64,000 bases of DNA from positions 96,001 through 160,000 of the forward strand of contig CBDCTZ010000016.1 of assembly GCA_965222375.1 (NCBI GenBank), written 5' to 3'. Shown here piece after piece: positions 1 to 9,671 of the stretch (within the stretch, counting starts at the first letter, position 1; every line of letters starts with the position of its first letter). A program made the translations under genes and the position numbers. The DNA is from Polyangiaceae bacterium. GTDB taxonomy: Bacteria; Myxococcota_A; Polyangia; Polyangiales; Polyangiaceae. Under the pieces are notes generated by a model. That model was given only the letters and a program-made list of their open reading frames with translations. It had not been told where the DNA came from and did not search any database.

Positions 1-885
1 ACCGAAAAAGACCTGCGAACGCGCCGCCGCATAACTGGCCGTCGACGGCACCACTTGCGCGGGATCGCGATGTGTGAACACGAAGTTCGCATCCGGGTAC
101 ACACTGGCCAGGCTACTCAAGTGCCATAGGTGGAAACCGCCTTTCAGGACCCAATGGCGGCCTGGCCAGCGCCACTGCAGCAACCGCAGCAGAGTGCGGT
201 GGTATTTGTAGGCTTCGCGCATGTCCTGAGCCCGGAACCACCGCTCGTAGGCAGCGCCTGCTGGTAGCAACGGATTCATGAACGAAAGGTCGAGCAGGTA
301 GTGGCACTCCTCGGGACCGTCCGCGCGGTGGGGGTGCAGTTTCGACAAGGCCGGGTTGAGGCGCAAGCCGCGGGACACGGCTTGCCGCGCGCGCGCGATC
401 CGTGGGTCGCGCTCCCCGAGCCCCGATTGCGGCGGCGGCGTCGGTTGCATCAGCTGCCACAACAGCGGAACGCGCACCGCCGGGTCCGCGCAGAGCAGGT
501 GGTGCAAATGGGTGGAGCCCGTCCGAGGTAGGCCCACGATGAACAGGGGTCGTGCCACACGCTGGTCGGCGATCTCCTCGAATCTCGAAAGCCAACGCTG
601 GACCTCGAGGCGCTTGCGCAAACACGCCAGGACGTGGGACCGCATTGCAGCGAGTCCAAAGGCGGACAAGCTCACCTCCTGGGTCAGCGCCTGCAGCAAC
701 CTGGCCAGAGGACGGACGAAGCCGCGGTCCCCATAGTCCGACAGCCCGGTCTGCGCTTCGGCCGCACGAAGAAGTCCTTCGAGATCCAGCTGCCGCCGAA
801 GCAGCGGGCGCACCAGCACCCCGGTGGCATTCATGCCGCGCACGAACAGCGGCATACGCAGTTGCTCCAGAGTCGTTGGCGACAT
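1..885 (-). CDS. PAPS-dependent sulfotransferase, 3' end beyond window edge; not in ORF track
   Basis: Manual translation from ATG 885 is open to position 1: MSPTTLEQLRMPLFV...AAEAQTGLSDYGD...RPLFIVGLPRTGSTHLHHLL (5'-PSB loop)...GPEECHYLL...WVLKGGFH...FVFTHRDP (3'-PB motif). Confidence 0.92.
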   Translation of the reverse strand, partial: MSPTTLEQLRMPLFVRGMNATGVLVRPLLRRQLDLEGLLRAAEAQTGLSDYGDRGFVRPLARLLQALTQEVSLSAFGLAAMRSHVLACLRKRLEVQRWLSRFEEIADQRVARPLFIVGLPRTGSTHLHHLLCADPAVRVPLLWQLMQPTPPPQSGLGERDPRIARARQAVSRGLRLNPALSKLHPHRADGPEECHYLLDLSFMNPLLPAGAAYERWFRAQDMREAYKYHRTLLRLLQWRWPGRHWVLKGGFHLWHLSSLASVYPDANFVFTHRDPAQVVPSTASYAAARSQVFFG

Positions 886-895
886 GACGATTCTG

Positions 896-2755
896 CTACT
901 GAACGGGGGCGTCTCCAACTACGTGAAGCTTGCGGTATCGGCGATCCACGCCCGCGAGGAGGCGCTCCGCGTGCAACGCCGCGCCGGTCCGCCGCGCCGA
1001 TGTGTGCACACGCGGCGTGAGGTACCAAAGCAGCGTCTCAGTGAGCGGCCCCGTTGCACCTGGACTCGTTCGCCACTCCCGAGCCAAGCCGCGAATCAAC
1101 ATGCTCTCGACGCGACTGCGCAGCGATGCGCGACGAGATGGGCGCCGCTCGAAGGGTGCCAGCAGGGTTGGCTTGAGTGCCTCGAGCTCTGCCCGGTCGA
1201 TGGGTTTACCAAATACGTCGCGCCCGATGAACAGCGCCACGCCGCACTCGAGGGCCTTTGCCCAGCGAAAGATGTCGCCGCGCGACGACGACGCAGATAT
1301 CACCGACGTAGGAAGCGACAGTGCTCGCTGGAACACGCTGGCGGCAACCGGCGCATGCGGGATGCGACTCGTGTGCAACAACGTCAGCAGGATCTCCCTG
1401 CACACCACCGAGATATCCATGTCCCCGCTGGAGTACCCAAAGTAGTGGGTCGAACCCTCGCTCAGCTCGGGGTCCGACGCGATCGCGGCATAGTCCTGCA
1501 AGGCGAAGGGATACAGCACGTAGCTGAACGCCGTCGGATGGTCCGGACAGCGGGCGTTCACCCGAGCGAGCAGCGACCGGGTGGCATCGAGGGAAGCCGA
1601 TGTTTCACCAGGAAACCCGTGAATCAGACCCAAAGTCACGGTAATTCCCGCGTCACCCAACGCGTCTAGCGCCGGCTGAAACTGCTCGAGCTTGGTGCCC
1701 TTACGCATCAGATTCAGCATCCGCTGGTCACCGCTTTCCTGACCGATGAAGACGTGCGCGACGCCCGCCCTGGCCATTCGATTGACCGTGTCGTCGTCCA
1801 AATCCGAGGCTCGGCCGAATGCGCCGAGCTTCTTGCCCAACTCTGCGTCAGCACACTGGTCCAAGAAAGCGCGCCACCGCGTTCGTGGCGCCGTCGCCGT
1901 CGCGTCATAGAGCTCCACGTAGGAAGTAGGCAGCCGCGCGGCTCGAAGCGCGGCTGCTTCGGGGCTCAAGGCAGCGGAAGTCGGAAGCGTTCGATAGGTG
2001 CAGAACGCACACATGAAGCCGCAACCGCGCTGCGTCTCCAGGCCAGCGTAGGGAAGGCGCGCGGGCTCGTGAGCCGGAGAGATTCTCGAACTGATGGCAA
2101 AGTCCGGTTCCGAGACTTCCTCCAAGAAGAGCCCCGGCGGAGTTCCCGTGTGCTCTAGTTGATCTGCCGCGCTGCGAAGGTACAATCCTGGAATCGTCGC
2201 CAAAGATTGGCCACGCAAAACCCGCCGAACCAGCTCGGGAAAGCGCGTTTCGCCCTCGCCCACGAGGTACACGTCAGCGTCCAACTCGAGAAAGCCCTGA
2301 GTATCCGTGGTGTAGAAATAGCCGCCCACCACGAGGACCGCGTCCGGGAAATCTCTGCGAACCAGGCCCAGCAGTGCGTCTAGCCAAGGGCGACTGGTCA
2401 TGAAGGTTGTCGACACACCAACGCACTTCGGCTTCCGCCGCGCCAACACCGAAAGCGCTTTCGACCATTGCCGCAAATCCCAAGAACCGGGGTCCAGCGC
2501 TTCCCAGTCCAGACCGGCAGCCTCGAGCTGCGTCGCCAAGGCGACGGCCGTCAACGAGCGGTGCGGTCCTGGATCGAGGCTCTGCCCGGCAATGCTTGGA
2601 GCGGCATCGAAGCAGACGCCCAGGGCAGCCTCGAGCTCTCGCGCCGCGGAAGCCAGCGGCGCCGCCAAGTGAGCGCCGGTCGTCTTGCGCAGGGCGGCGT
2701 CCAGCACGTAGCCCGACTTGGACTCGAAGGGCACCAACAACAGCACGTCCGACAC
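896..2755 (-). CDS. B12-binding domain radical SAM protein
   Basis: ETQRGCGFMCAFC (CxxxCxxC); N-terminal cobalamin-binding-type motifs VGVSTT...LVVGG...GEGE; GQESGDQRMLNLMRKG; IHGFPGET. Confidence 0.9.
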   Translation of the reverse strand: MSDVLLLVPFESKSGYVLDAALRKTTGAHLAAPLASAARELEAALGVCFDAAPSIAGQSLDPGPHRSLTAVALATQLEAAGLDWEALDPGSWDLRQWSKALSVLARRKPKCVGVSTTFMTSRPWLDALLGLVRRDFPDAVLVVGGYFYTTDTQGFLELDADVYLVGEGETRFPELVRRVLRGQSLATIPGLYLRSAADQLEHTGTPPGLFLEEVSEPDFAISSRISPAHEPARLPYAGLETQRGCGFMCAFCTYRTLPTSAALSPEAAALRAARLPTSYVELYDATATAPRTRWRAFLDQCADAELGKKLGAFGRASDLDDDTVNRMARAGVAHVFIGQESGDQRMLNLMRKGTKLEQFQPALDALGDAGITVTLGLIHGFPGETSASLDATRSLLARVNARCPDHPTAFSYVLYPFALQDYAAIASDPELSEGSTHYFGYSSGDMDISVVCREILLTLLHTSRIPHAPVAASVFQRALSLPTSVISASSSRGDIFRWAKALECGVALFIGRDVFGKPIDRAELEALKPTLLAPFERRPSRRASLRSRVESMLIRGLAREWRTSPGATGPLTETLLWYLTPRVHTSARRTGAALHAERLLAGVDRRYRKLHVVGDAPVQ

Positions 2756-2819
2756 GCCGGGCAGTATAGGCGTCGGGCGCAGTCAGGACGAACGCACGTT
2801 CTCGCTAGCGAAATTGGGC

Positions 2820-3770
2820 TCAGGCGGCGACTTCGAGAAGCCCGAACGCGGCAACGCCTCGGCTGCGCAGCTCTCGGCGGATCTGCTGCACCGAGTCGGT
2901 ATCCGCAGAAATGGTCGCCAGCAGTTCCGAGCAGAAACCATCGAGGGTGGAATTGCCAATTTGAGTGAGGTCGCCACTGCCATCAAGCGCTGCACGCCAG
3001 GCTCGAGCGACCTCACTCGTCGCGGAAGATAGCTCGAGCCGCTTGCCGCGCTTGACTAGCAAGCCCGCAGATTCTCCGGCATCGATACCAGCCTTGGAAA
3101 CCAAGTCCGCCGGGGTCGAACCCGCGCGGAGCAAGTCCCCAATCACTGCAGCAGCTCGCGTGGCACCCCGAGCGAGCGCGACCTCGCTCAAGGTCGAGAG
3201 CAATGCCTCGAAGGCCTCAGGAGCGGACTCTTCTTCACACGCTTGACTCTCCTCGCTCGCCGCTTCGAGCACTGGTGCCACAGCGCTCGCGGGCACCTCG
3301 TTCGCAACAGAATCCGCTTCGTCCTCGTCAGCCACCTCGGCAATGAATTCTGCGACGCTCTCGTCCACTTCGCCCTCGCTCGCTACCTCTGCAATGACCT
3401 CGTCCCCAGCGTCCGCGATGAACTCGGCAACTGCTTCGCTTTCTGCCCGTCCGATGATCTCTTCGACTCCGTCATCCACCGCTTTGGCAATGACTTCAGA
3501 ATCGACTTCGCTCGGCGGGGCGTCGGAGAAGTCTCCGGTTTCCGCCACGATCTCCGCGACGCTCAGATCCACGGCCTCGGCAATGATCTCCGCGACGTTG
3601 ACAGGCTCGGCAACCTGCGCTGGCTGCGCCACTTCCCGCGCCGCCACGACAACTGGCGGACGCACGATGGCACGAGAAGCGCCGGTCACCTCTCGACAGC
3701 GCCACACAGCACCATCGTGAAGGTCGAGATTGTCGTTCGGGAACTCGGAGGCGGGTCGTCTGAAGTCCAT
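2820..3770 (-). CDS. Hypothetical protein with acidic VAE(I/F)IAE-like repeats
   Basis: ORF 2820..3818, ATG 3770 preferred; acidic low-complexity centre and globular-looking C-terminus. Confidence 0.7.
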   Translation of the reverse strand: MDFRRPASEFPNDNLDLHDGAVWRCREVTGASRAIVRPPVVVAAREVAQPAQVAEPVNVAEIIAEAVDLSVAEIVAETGDFSDAPPSEVDSEVIAKAVDDGVEEIIGRAESEAVAEFIADAGDEVIAEVASEGEVDESVAEFIAEVADEDEADSVANEVPASAVAPVLEAASEESQACEEESAPEAFEALLSTLSEVALARGATRAAAVIGDLLRAGSTPADLVSKAGIDAGESAGLLVKRGKRLELSSATSEVARAWRAALDGSGDLTQIGNSTLDGFCSELLATISADTDSVQQIRRELRSRGVAAFGLLEVAA

Positions 3771-3826
3771 GGCGCGCTTTCGCGCGAAATGGTGGTCAGA
3801 CTCGCCGCTGACGGCCAAGAAAGCGG

Positions 3827-4258
3827 CTACTGATTCACCACCACATCGGCGGCGTTTTCCGCGCTCAGGCCCGGAGAAACCTTCCGTTTGGAGCCCACCA
3901 GCATGTACTCGACGACGGCCCAGTACTCCTCGTCACTCAGGGACCCGACCTTGCTCTTGGGCAATGGCATCTCCTTCTTGACGTAGTCGAACACGTCTTG
4001 AGCTGTCTTGAAGGGGCCGATGTCACCGCCGACACCTTTGAGCGGCAACGCCGTGGGACCCATCACCTCGGGAGTGCCACCCAAACCCTGACCTTGGCTG
4101 CCGTGGCAACCTGCGCACTCGCTCTTGTACACCTTGGCACCGGTCGGAGATTGCTTCTTGGCCTTCGCCACCGCGGCATCGTTGGCAGGGCTGCCAGAGC
4201 CCCCACAGGCGAGGAGAATTGGGAACAGGGCGAGGCAGCGGAGGATACGGGCGTTCAT
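3827..4258 (-). CDS. Monoheme cytochrome c lipoprotein
   Basis: Lipobox LLAC; GAKVYKSECAGCHG (CxxCH); distal Met motif KKEMP. Confidence 0.88.
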   Translation of the reverse strand: MNARILRCLALFPILLACGGSGSPANDAAVAKAKKQSPTGAKVYKSECAGCHGSQGQGLGGTPEVMGPTALPLKGVGGDIGPFKTAQDVFDYVKKEMPLPKSKVGSLSDEEYWAVVEYMLVGSKRKVSPGLSAENAADVVVNQ

Positions 4259-4363
4259 TCCTCGGCATTTCGTCGGACAACGCCTGAATGTCAAGCCAAC
4301 TTGTATGGCCCCCGGGCGCCCCACAGCCTGCGCTCGGACGCTTTTCGGACTATATCTTCAGGT

Positions 4364-4903
4364 ATGAGGTCCTTCTGGTTGGCCGGACTCGTCGCAGTCT
4401 TTGCGCTGTCAGCGTGTGCACCGAATCCACCGCCACGTTGGGAAACTGGCGGCGCCCCACTGCTCTTGGCGCCTGCTCGTTGGGATCGCCCGGACGACGA
4501 CAGCATCGAGATCACCAAAGACGGAAAGGTGCTCGAAGACGGGGATCTGCTGTTTGTGATCGACCGAGCCGGTCGAGTCGTCGACGAAGACTACGAGCCC
4601 CTCGCGGTGCTCCTGCCCGACGGACACGTTGCTGGAACCGACAACCGCCTACTCGGACGCGTAGGCATGAGCAACGCGGCTCCGCCCGGCGCTGCATCCG
4701 CATGGCTCGCCATCATGCCGAACGGGCAGGTCGTGTACTTCGATGAGGACGGCGAGCGAGAAGACCGTGGCGTATGGCGAGGTTGCCAGGGCCCCCAGCA
4801 GCGCACCTGCACTCTCGTCACCCACGTGCTCTGGGTTCGAAACTGGCTGCGTCGGCCGCGAAGCGGTGTGAGCGTGGGGGTCGGCATCGGCGTCGGCTAT
4901 TGA
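4364..4903 (+). CDS. Hypothetical lipoprotein
   Basis: MRSFWLAGLVAVFALSAC lipobox; C-terminal GVSVGVGIGVG. Confidence 0.75.
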   Translation: MRSFWLAGLVAVFALSACAPNPPPRWETGGAPLLLAPARWDRPDDDSIEITKDGKVLEDGDLLFVIDRAGRVVDEDYEPLAVLLPDGHVAGTDNRLLGRVGMSNAAPPGAASAWLAIMPNGQVVYFDEDGEREDRGVWRGCQGPQQRTCTLVTHVLWVRNWLRRPRSGVSVGVGIGVGY

Positions 4904-4949
4904 TCCATCGCTGTCGACGCAGGGCGAAAGTGACGCTAAGACGCCGGCC

Positions 4950-6254
4950 ATGCTGGACGGTCGCTACGTAGCCGAACACCTGGAGGAAACCAAAGCCGCA
5001 TTACGGCGGCGCTCCGAAGACGCAGCCAGCGGTTTGGACTCCGCGGACACGCTCTTCGCGAACCGCCGCGCCTTGATCCAAGCGACAGAAAAGCTCCAGG
5101 CGGAGCGCAACCAAGCCAGCCAAGAGATGGGTGCCCTGGCCAAGGGTCCAGACAAAGCGGCCTTCCAAGCGCGCCGCGCAGAGCTCAAGACGCTCTCCAA
5201 CGAGATCAAGAAGCGCGAAACCGAGCTGTCCAAGGTCGAGCAAGAAGTAGAAGATCTCCTGCTCGGGATCCCCAATACACCCCATGCCTCGACACCGGAT
5301 GGCGAAAACGAGGACGACAACGTCGTGCGGCACGTGCAGGGCGAGGCAAGGAGCTACGACTTCGAGCCCAAGGCCCACTGGGACCTGGGCGCAGCTCTGG
5401 GCATCTTGGACTTCGAGCGCGCTGCCAAGCTTTCCGGCGCTCGCTTTGCGGTGCTCTGGGGTGCAGGCGCGCGGCTGGAGCGTTCTCTGATCTCCTTCAT
5501 GCTGGACTTACACACCAAACAGCATGGCTACACGGAAGTCCTCCCGCCGTTTCTCGTGCGGGGCGACGCCTTGCGCGGAACCGGCCAACTACCCAAGTTC
5601 GAGGCCGACCTGTTCAAGACCCAGCGCAGCGACCCCGAGGACCCTTCGGCCCTGTACTTGATCCCCACGGCGGAGGTTCCCGTCACCAACCTGCACGCCA
5701 ACGAAATCCTCGATGGTTCGTCGTTGCCCCTCACCTACACGGCCTACACGCCCTGTTTTCGCAGCGAGGCAGGCTCCTATGGCAAAGACGTGCGCGGGCT
5801 AATCCGCCAACACCAATTCGACAAGGTGGAACTCGTGCGCTTCGTCGAGCCCAGTCAGGCGCTAGACCAACTCGAGCTGTTGCGCGGACACGCGGAAGAA
5901 GTCCTGAAACGGCTGGAACTGCACTACCGCGTGACGGAGCTGTGCACTGCCGACATCAGCTTCTCCGCCGAGAAGTGCTACGACCTCGAGGTTTGGCTTC
6001 CGTCGCAGCAGGCGTATCGGGAGATCTCCAGCTGCTCGAGCTTCGGGCAATACCAAGCACGCCGTGCCAGAATCCGCTACCGCCCACAGCCGAAAGCCAA
6101 ACCCATGTTCGCCGCAACACTGAACGGCTCGGCACTAGCGGTTGGGCGAACTCTCGTGGCCCTCTTGGAGCAGAACCAACAAAAGGACGGCAGCGTCACC
6201 ATCCCCAAGGCGCTCGTGCCCTACTTCGGGGCAGAAGTACTCACGCCTCCCTGA
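4950..6254 (+). CDS. serS: Serine--tRNA ligase
   Basis: N-terminal coiled coil, GTGQLPKF, LIPTAEVP, FRSEAGSYGKDVRGLIRQHQFDKVE, YREISSCS, TLNGSALAVGRT. Confidence 0.98.
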   Translation: MLDGRYVAEHLEETKAALRRRSEDAASGLDSADTLFANRRALIQATEKLQAERNQASQEMGALAKGPDKAAFQARRAELKTLSNEIKKRETELSKVEQEVEDLLLGIPNTPHASTPDGENEDDNVVRHVQGEARSYDFEPKAHWDLGAALGILDFERAAKLSGARFAVLWGAGARLERSLISFMLDLHTKQHGYTEVLPPFLVRGDALRGTGQLPKFEADLFKTQRSDPEDPSALYLIPTAEVPVTNLHANEILDGSSLPLTYTAYTPCFRSEAGSYGKDVRGLIRQHQFDKVELVRFVEPSQALDQLELLRGHAEEVLKRLELHYRVTELCTADISFSAEKCYDLEVWLPSQQAYREISSCSSFGQYQARRARIRYRPQPKAKPMFAATLNGSALAVGRTLVALLEQNQQKDGSVTIPKALVPYFGAEVLTPP

Positions 6255-6327
6255 GCGCGTAGGCACGCCGGGCAGCAGGTCGAACCCGTGGTCCTCGAAC
6301 GTCACGCCTCCCTGAGCGCGTAGGCAC
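6241..6327 (+). repeat. Exact 26-bp direct repeat of the serS 3' end
   Basis: TCACGCCTCCCTGAGCGCGTAGGCAC at 6241-6266 (contains serS TGA) and 6302-6327. Confidence 0.95.
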
Positions 6328-6403
6328 CACTCGGCAGCGAGGGCTGGAGAAAACGTTTCCGACCGCAGCGTCCTATCCCAAAGTTTGATCCTGGAGGTTT
6401 CGT

Positions 6404-7074
6404 ATGAAGCTGAATGTGCTTGGTCTTTTCTTGGTATCCGGGTTGGCTTTCACGCTGGGGTGCGGCTCTAGCTCCGACGGCAGCAGCGGCGGAGGCGGCT
6501 CTGCGGGAAGCAGCAGCGGCGGTTCCGCGGGAAGCAGTGGCTCCGCGGGAAGCGGTGGCTCCGCCGGAAGCAGCAGCGGCGGCTCCGCGGGAAGCGGTGG
6601 TGGCGCAGTCGCCCTGTGTGAAGAAGTCTGCACGCTGACCGCGGGCGTCGGTTGCACCAACGAGACCAAGGCTGCCTGACGGACTGCAATGCTCAGTACA
6701 GCACCTGCAAGGCGGAGTTCGACGCCATCGGCGCATGCATCAAGAGCACTGCCAAACTGTCTTGTCAGCCTGACGGAGATTTGAAGATCGAAGGTTGTAA
6801 CTCCGAGCTCGTGCCGTTTGCGACCTGCTCCGCGTGCCTGCCAAGCGTCGACGACGACGCCTGCGAAAAGTGCTCTGCCAATAGCTGCTGTTCAGAGAAC
6901 AAAGCGCTGTTCCAAGCATCAGACATCTTCAAACTGGTCGACTGCGCCAACGCCTGTCCCCCGAATGACGTTGCGTGCAACACGGCTTGCTTCAACGCCA
7001 ACCTTGAGGCGAAGAAGGCGTTCGAAGATCTGCAAGCTTGCCAGGGCAAGAACTGCAGCGCCGCCTGCACTTGA
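6404..7074 (+). pseudogene. Cys-rich lipoprotein split by a frameshift near 6670 (or sequence error)
   Basis: 6404..6679 has SD GGAGG, lipobox TLGC, Gly/Ser linker and CEEVC..C; the Cys-rich domain continues in frame 6652..7074 (CLTDCNAQYSTC...). Confidence 0.75.
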
Positions 7075-7164
7075 TCCTCCCTCGCCATGCTAGCTGCCCG
7101 CGCGAGCGACGCAGAACGCCGTCGTTCCGACGATCACGATGAAGAAGACCCACAGCACCAGGAC

Positions 7165-7200
7165 GTAGGGCGGGGTGCCTGAAAGCGCGCCGCGCCCTAC
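7165..7200. terminator. GC-rich hairpin over the kinase stop codon (terminator or REP-like)
   Basis: GTAGGGCG-GGGTGCCT-GAAA-GCGCGCCG-CGCCCTAC, between convergent genes. Confidence 0.45.
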
Positions 7201-9545
7201 TTCTTCTTGCCCTTTGTGGGCTTGGCGGCTTTCGGATCCTTTTGTGCCTCCAAGGCCTTCTTCTCGTCGGCCAGGCGCTGGCGGATGTGCTTCATCGTCT
7301 TGCGAAACGCTTTGGCCTGAGAGGCGCACATCGGTGGGCAAGGCCGACGTTTCCACCGGCCACAACCCCGCTTCTTGCCAGTGGAGTACAGCGCCAAAGC
7401 AGCAATGGCACGCGAATCACCTTGACTCTTCGCCCGAGGCAACAGCGAAATTCTGGCGCTGCAGCTGGGCGCATTTCGTAGATCAAAGGCAATGGCGAGG
7501 CCCGCGGTGAAGCGTTGGCGCACCTCCGACGATTCGAGCCGCTTCTTCGCTGACTTGTGCAGCTGCGGCGAGCTCAAATAGAGTTCGTATAGGAGGTCTG
7601 GCCCATGCGAACCCATCTTATGGGACATGAGATCGAGCACCGCTTCGGACTCATCGCCGTGAGCCAGCTTCATGAGCAGCGGCCGCAGTGCGTCGTCCGC
7701 TGCCTGAGCCGGGTCTTTTTGAAACAGTTTCTCGAAGGCGGTCAGCGCCTCCTTGGTTTGCCCACCCTCCGTGGCCGCTTGCACGGCCCAAGCCCGTAGC
7801 ACCTGGGGCTCGTCGGGGTGTCGATCCGCCAGCGCGCGCAGCGCCGGCAGCCCACTGCGCATGGCTTCGGCGACTTCGCCCTCTAGGTTCCGCTGCACCG
7901 GCGCAGTGGCACTTGCGGCAGGCATGGCGCTGCCGCTGGTATCAGGCGCCACCGCTGACTTTGCGGTCGGTGGCTCGGCCGTCAACGCGGTGCTACTCAG
8001 CGCCGCCCGCGTGGGCAAGGGTTTCATGGCCCGAAGCCCCAACACGAAGGCAGCCAGGGTTACGGTCACCGCGAACACCCTGACCCCAACCGCAGCCAAC
8101 ATTCGGGCCCAGCGCTCGGGACGACGCCCTGCCTTGCGGTTGATGATCGTAGCGATGGCCCAAACCGCGGCGATCATGAACAGCGCCAAATCCCAGCCAA
8201 CCCAGGCGGACGGCCAGCTGTCGCGGGTCAGGTAGCGCGCACACCTCAGGGCGAGCACCACCACCCCGTAGCCAACCAGAGCGGCCACGAGAGGCGCGCG
8301 GATCGCTGTCACCGCATCGATGACCTTCGCACTGTTGTTCCAGATCTTGCGTCGCACTCGCGACGCCAACAGCACGACCGGGGTCAGCGCCGTGCCCATC
8401 ACGCCGAACATCGCAATAAGCAGCTCGGTATTGGTCAACTCCCGCTTCGTGATGGATGTGGCCAGACCCACGGCGGCCGCCACAGCGATCGCGCCGCTCA
8501 ACCCAACCGCGGCCATCAAGAGTGCTGCCAGGCGAACGCGACCCCAGCGCACGTCGTCCTCGGTTTCCAGCGCCACCACCGACTGTTGGGTGGCCCGCAT
8601 CGCGGGCAGCTTGTTGTTGACGGACAACTGCTCTTCGAGAGTCGTGAGCGCCGCGAGGAGCTCTGCCATGGACTGGTAGCGATCCGAAGGATCCCGCGCC
8701 ATGGCTCGATGGATCACTAGCTCCACGCTCTCAGGGACCGCAGGGTTGACGGTCTTGGGCCGCTGGGGCTCTCGACTCATCACGGCCAGGATCGTCTGTT
8801 GGGGCGATTCTTCCTCGAAGGGCGGTCGGCCCGTCACCGCGGTGTACAGAATGGCACCCACGCCGTAGATGTCAGTTCGATGATCGCCGCGTTCGCCCCG
8901 TGCCTGTTCGGGCGACATGTACGAGGGTGTGCCCATCACCACCCCCGCACGTGTAACCGTCGAGCGCGAACCGTCGACGAAGCGGGACAAGCCAAAGTCA
9001 ATCACCTTGACCTCGGAACTGGCCACCGGTCCCATCAAGAAGATGTTCTCGGGTTTGAGGTCCCGGTGCACCACTCCACGCTCGTGCGCGGCGGCCAAAG
9101 CTGCGGCCACGTGCCGCGCAATTCGCACAGCGATTAGCCCATCCAGGCTGCTGACTTCCTCGAGAAGGATCGCGAGATCTTGCCCGTCCAAGAACTCGTA
9201 CACCATGAAGGGCACACCCTGGGGCGTGACTCCGACATCGAAGACTTCGACGATGGACTCGTGCCTCAGGGATGCAACGGCGTCGGCTTCTCGCTGGAAT
9301 CGCTCAACAAGCTCGGTGTTCCTGGAGAGATCCGCGTTGAGCACCTTCAAGGCATACCGTTTGTGCGCGATGCGCATATGCCGCGCCTCGAACACGCGGC
9401 TCATGCCCCCTTCCCCCACCATCCGCTCGATACGGTAGGTGTCGTTCAGGACCGTCCCGACAAGCTCCTCATCCTCCCCGCTCAGGGAGCCAGTTGCGGG
9501 CCCGGATGTGGGCTTTTCGACGACCGTTGGATCTTCGGAGTTCAT
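7197..9545 (-). CDS. Hanks-type Ser/Thr kinase with multiple TM segments and C-terminal domain
   Basis: GEGGMSRV, YALKVL, HRDLKPEN, DFGLS, GTPSYMSPE; several hydrophobic helices after the kinase domain. Confidence 0.93.
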   Translation of the reverse strand: MNSEDPTVVEKPTSGPATGSLSGEDEELVGTVLNDTYRIERMVGEGGMSRVFEARHMRIAHKRYALKVLNADLSRNTELVERFQREADAVASLRHESIVEVFDVGVTPQGVPFMVYEFLDGQDLAILLEEVSSLDGLIAVRIARHVAAALAAAHERGVVHRDLKPENIFLMGPVASSEVKVIDFGLSRFVDGSRSTVTRAGVVMGTPSYMSPEQARGERGDHRTDIYGVGAILYTAVTGRPPFEEESPQQTILAVMSREPQRPKTVNPAVPESVELVIHRAMARDPSDRYQSMAELLAALTTLEEQLSVNNKLPAMRATQQSVVALETEDDVRWGRVRLAALLMAAVGLSGAIAVAAAVGLATSITKRELTNTELLIAMFGVMGTALTPVVLLASRVRRKIWNNSAKVIDAVTAIRAPLVAALVGYGVVVLALRCARYLTRDSWPSAWVGWDLALFMIAAVWAIATIINRKAGRRPERWARMLAAVGVRVFAVTVTLAAFVLGLRAMKPLPTRAALSSTALTAEPPTAKSAVAPDTSGSAMPAASATAPVQRNLEGEVAEAMRSGLPALRALADRHPDEPQVLRAWAVQAATEGGQTKEALTAFEKLFQKDPAQAADDALRPLLMKLAHGDESEAVLDLMSHKMGSHGPDLLYELYLSSPQLHKSAKKRLESSEVRQRFTAGLAIAFDLRNAPSCSARISLLPRAKSQGDSRAIAALALYSTGKKRGCGRWKRRPCPPMCASQAKAFRKTMKHIRQRLADEKKALEAQKDPKAAKPTKGKKK

Positions 9546-9671
9546 TTTCCGAAACGACTGAGGACGCGAGCCCCGGACTGGAGACACTATCACAGCACAA
9601 GCGCGCCTTCGTCTCGCTCGGCACCCACAAGGTGCGCCGGACAAACTTGAGTGAATTCAGGCCGATGGCGG

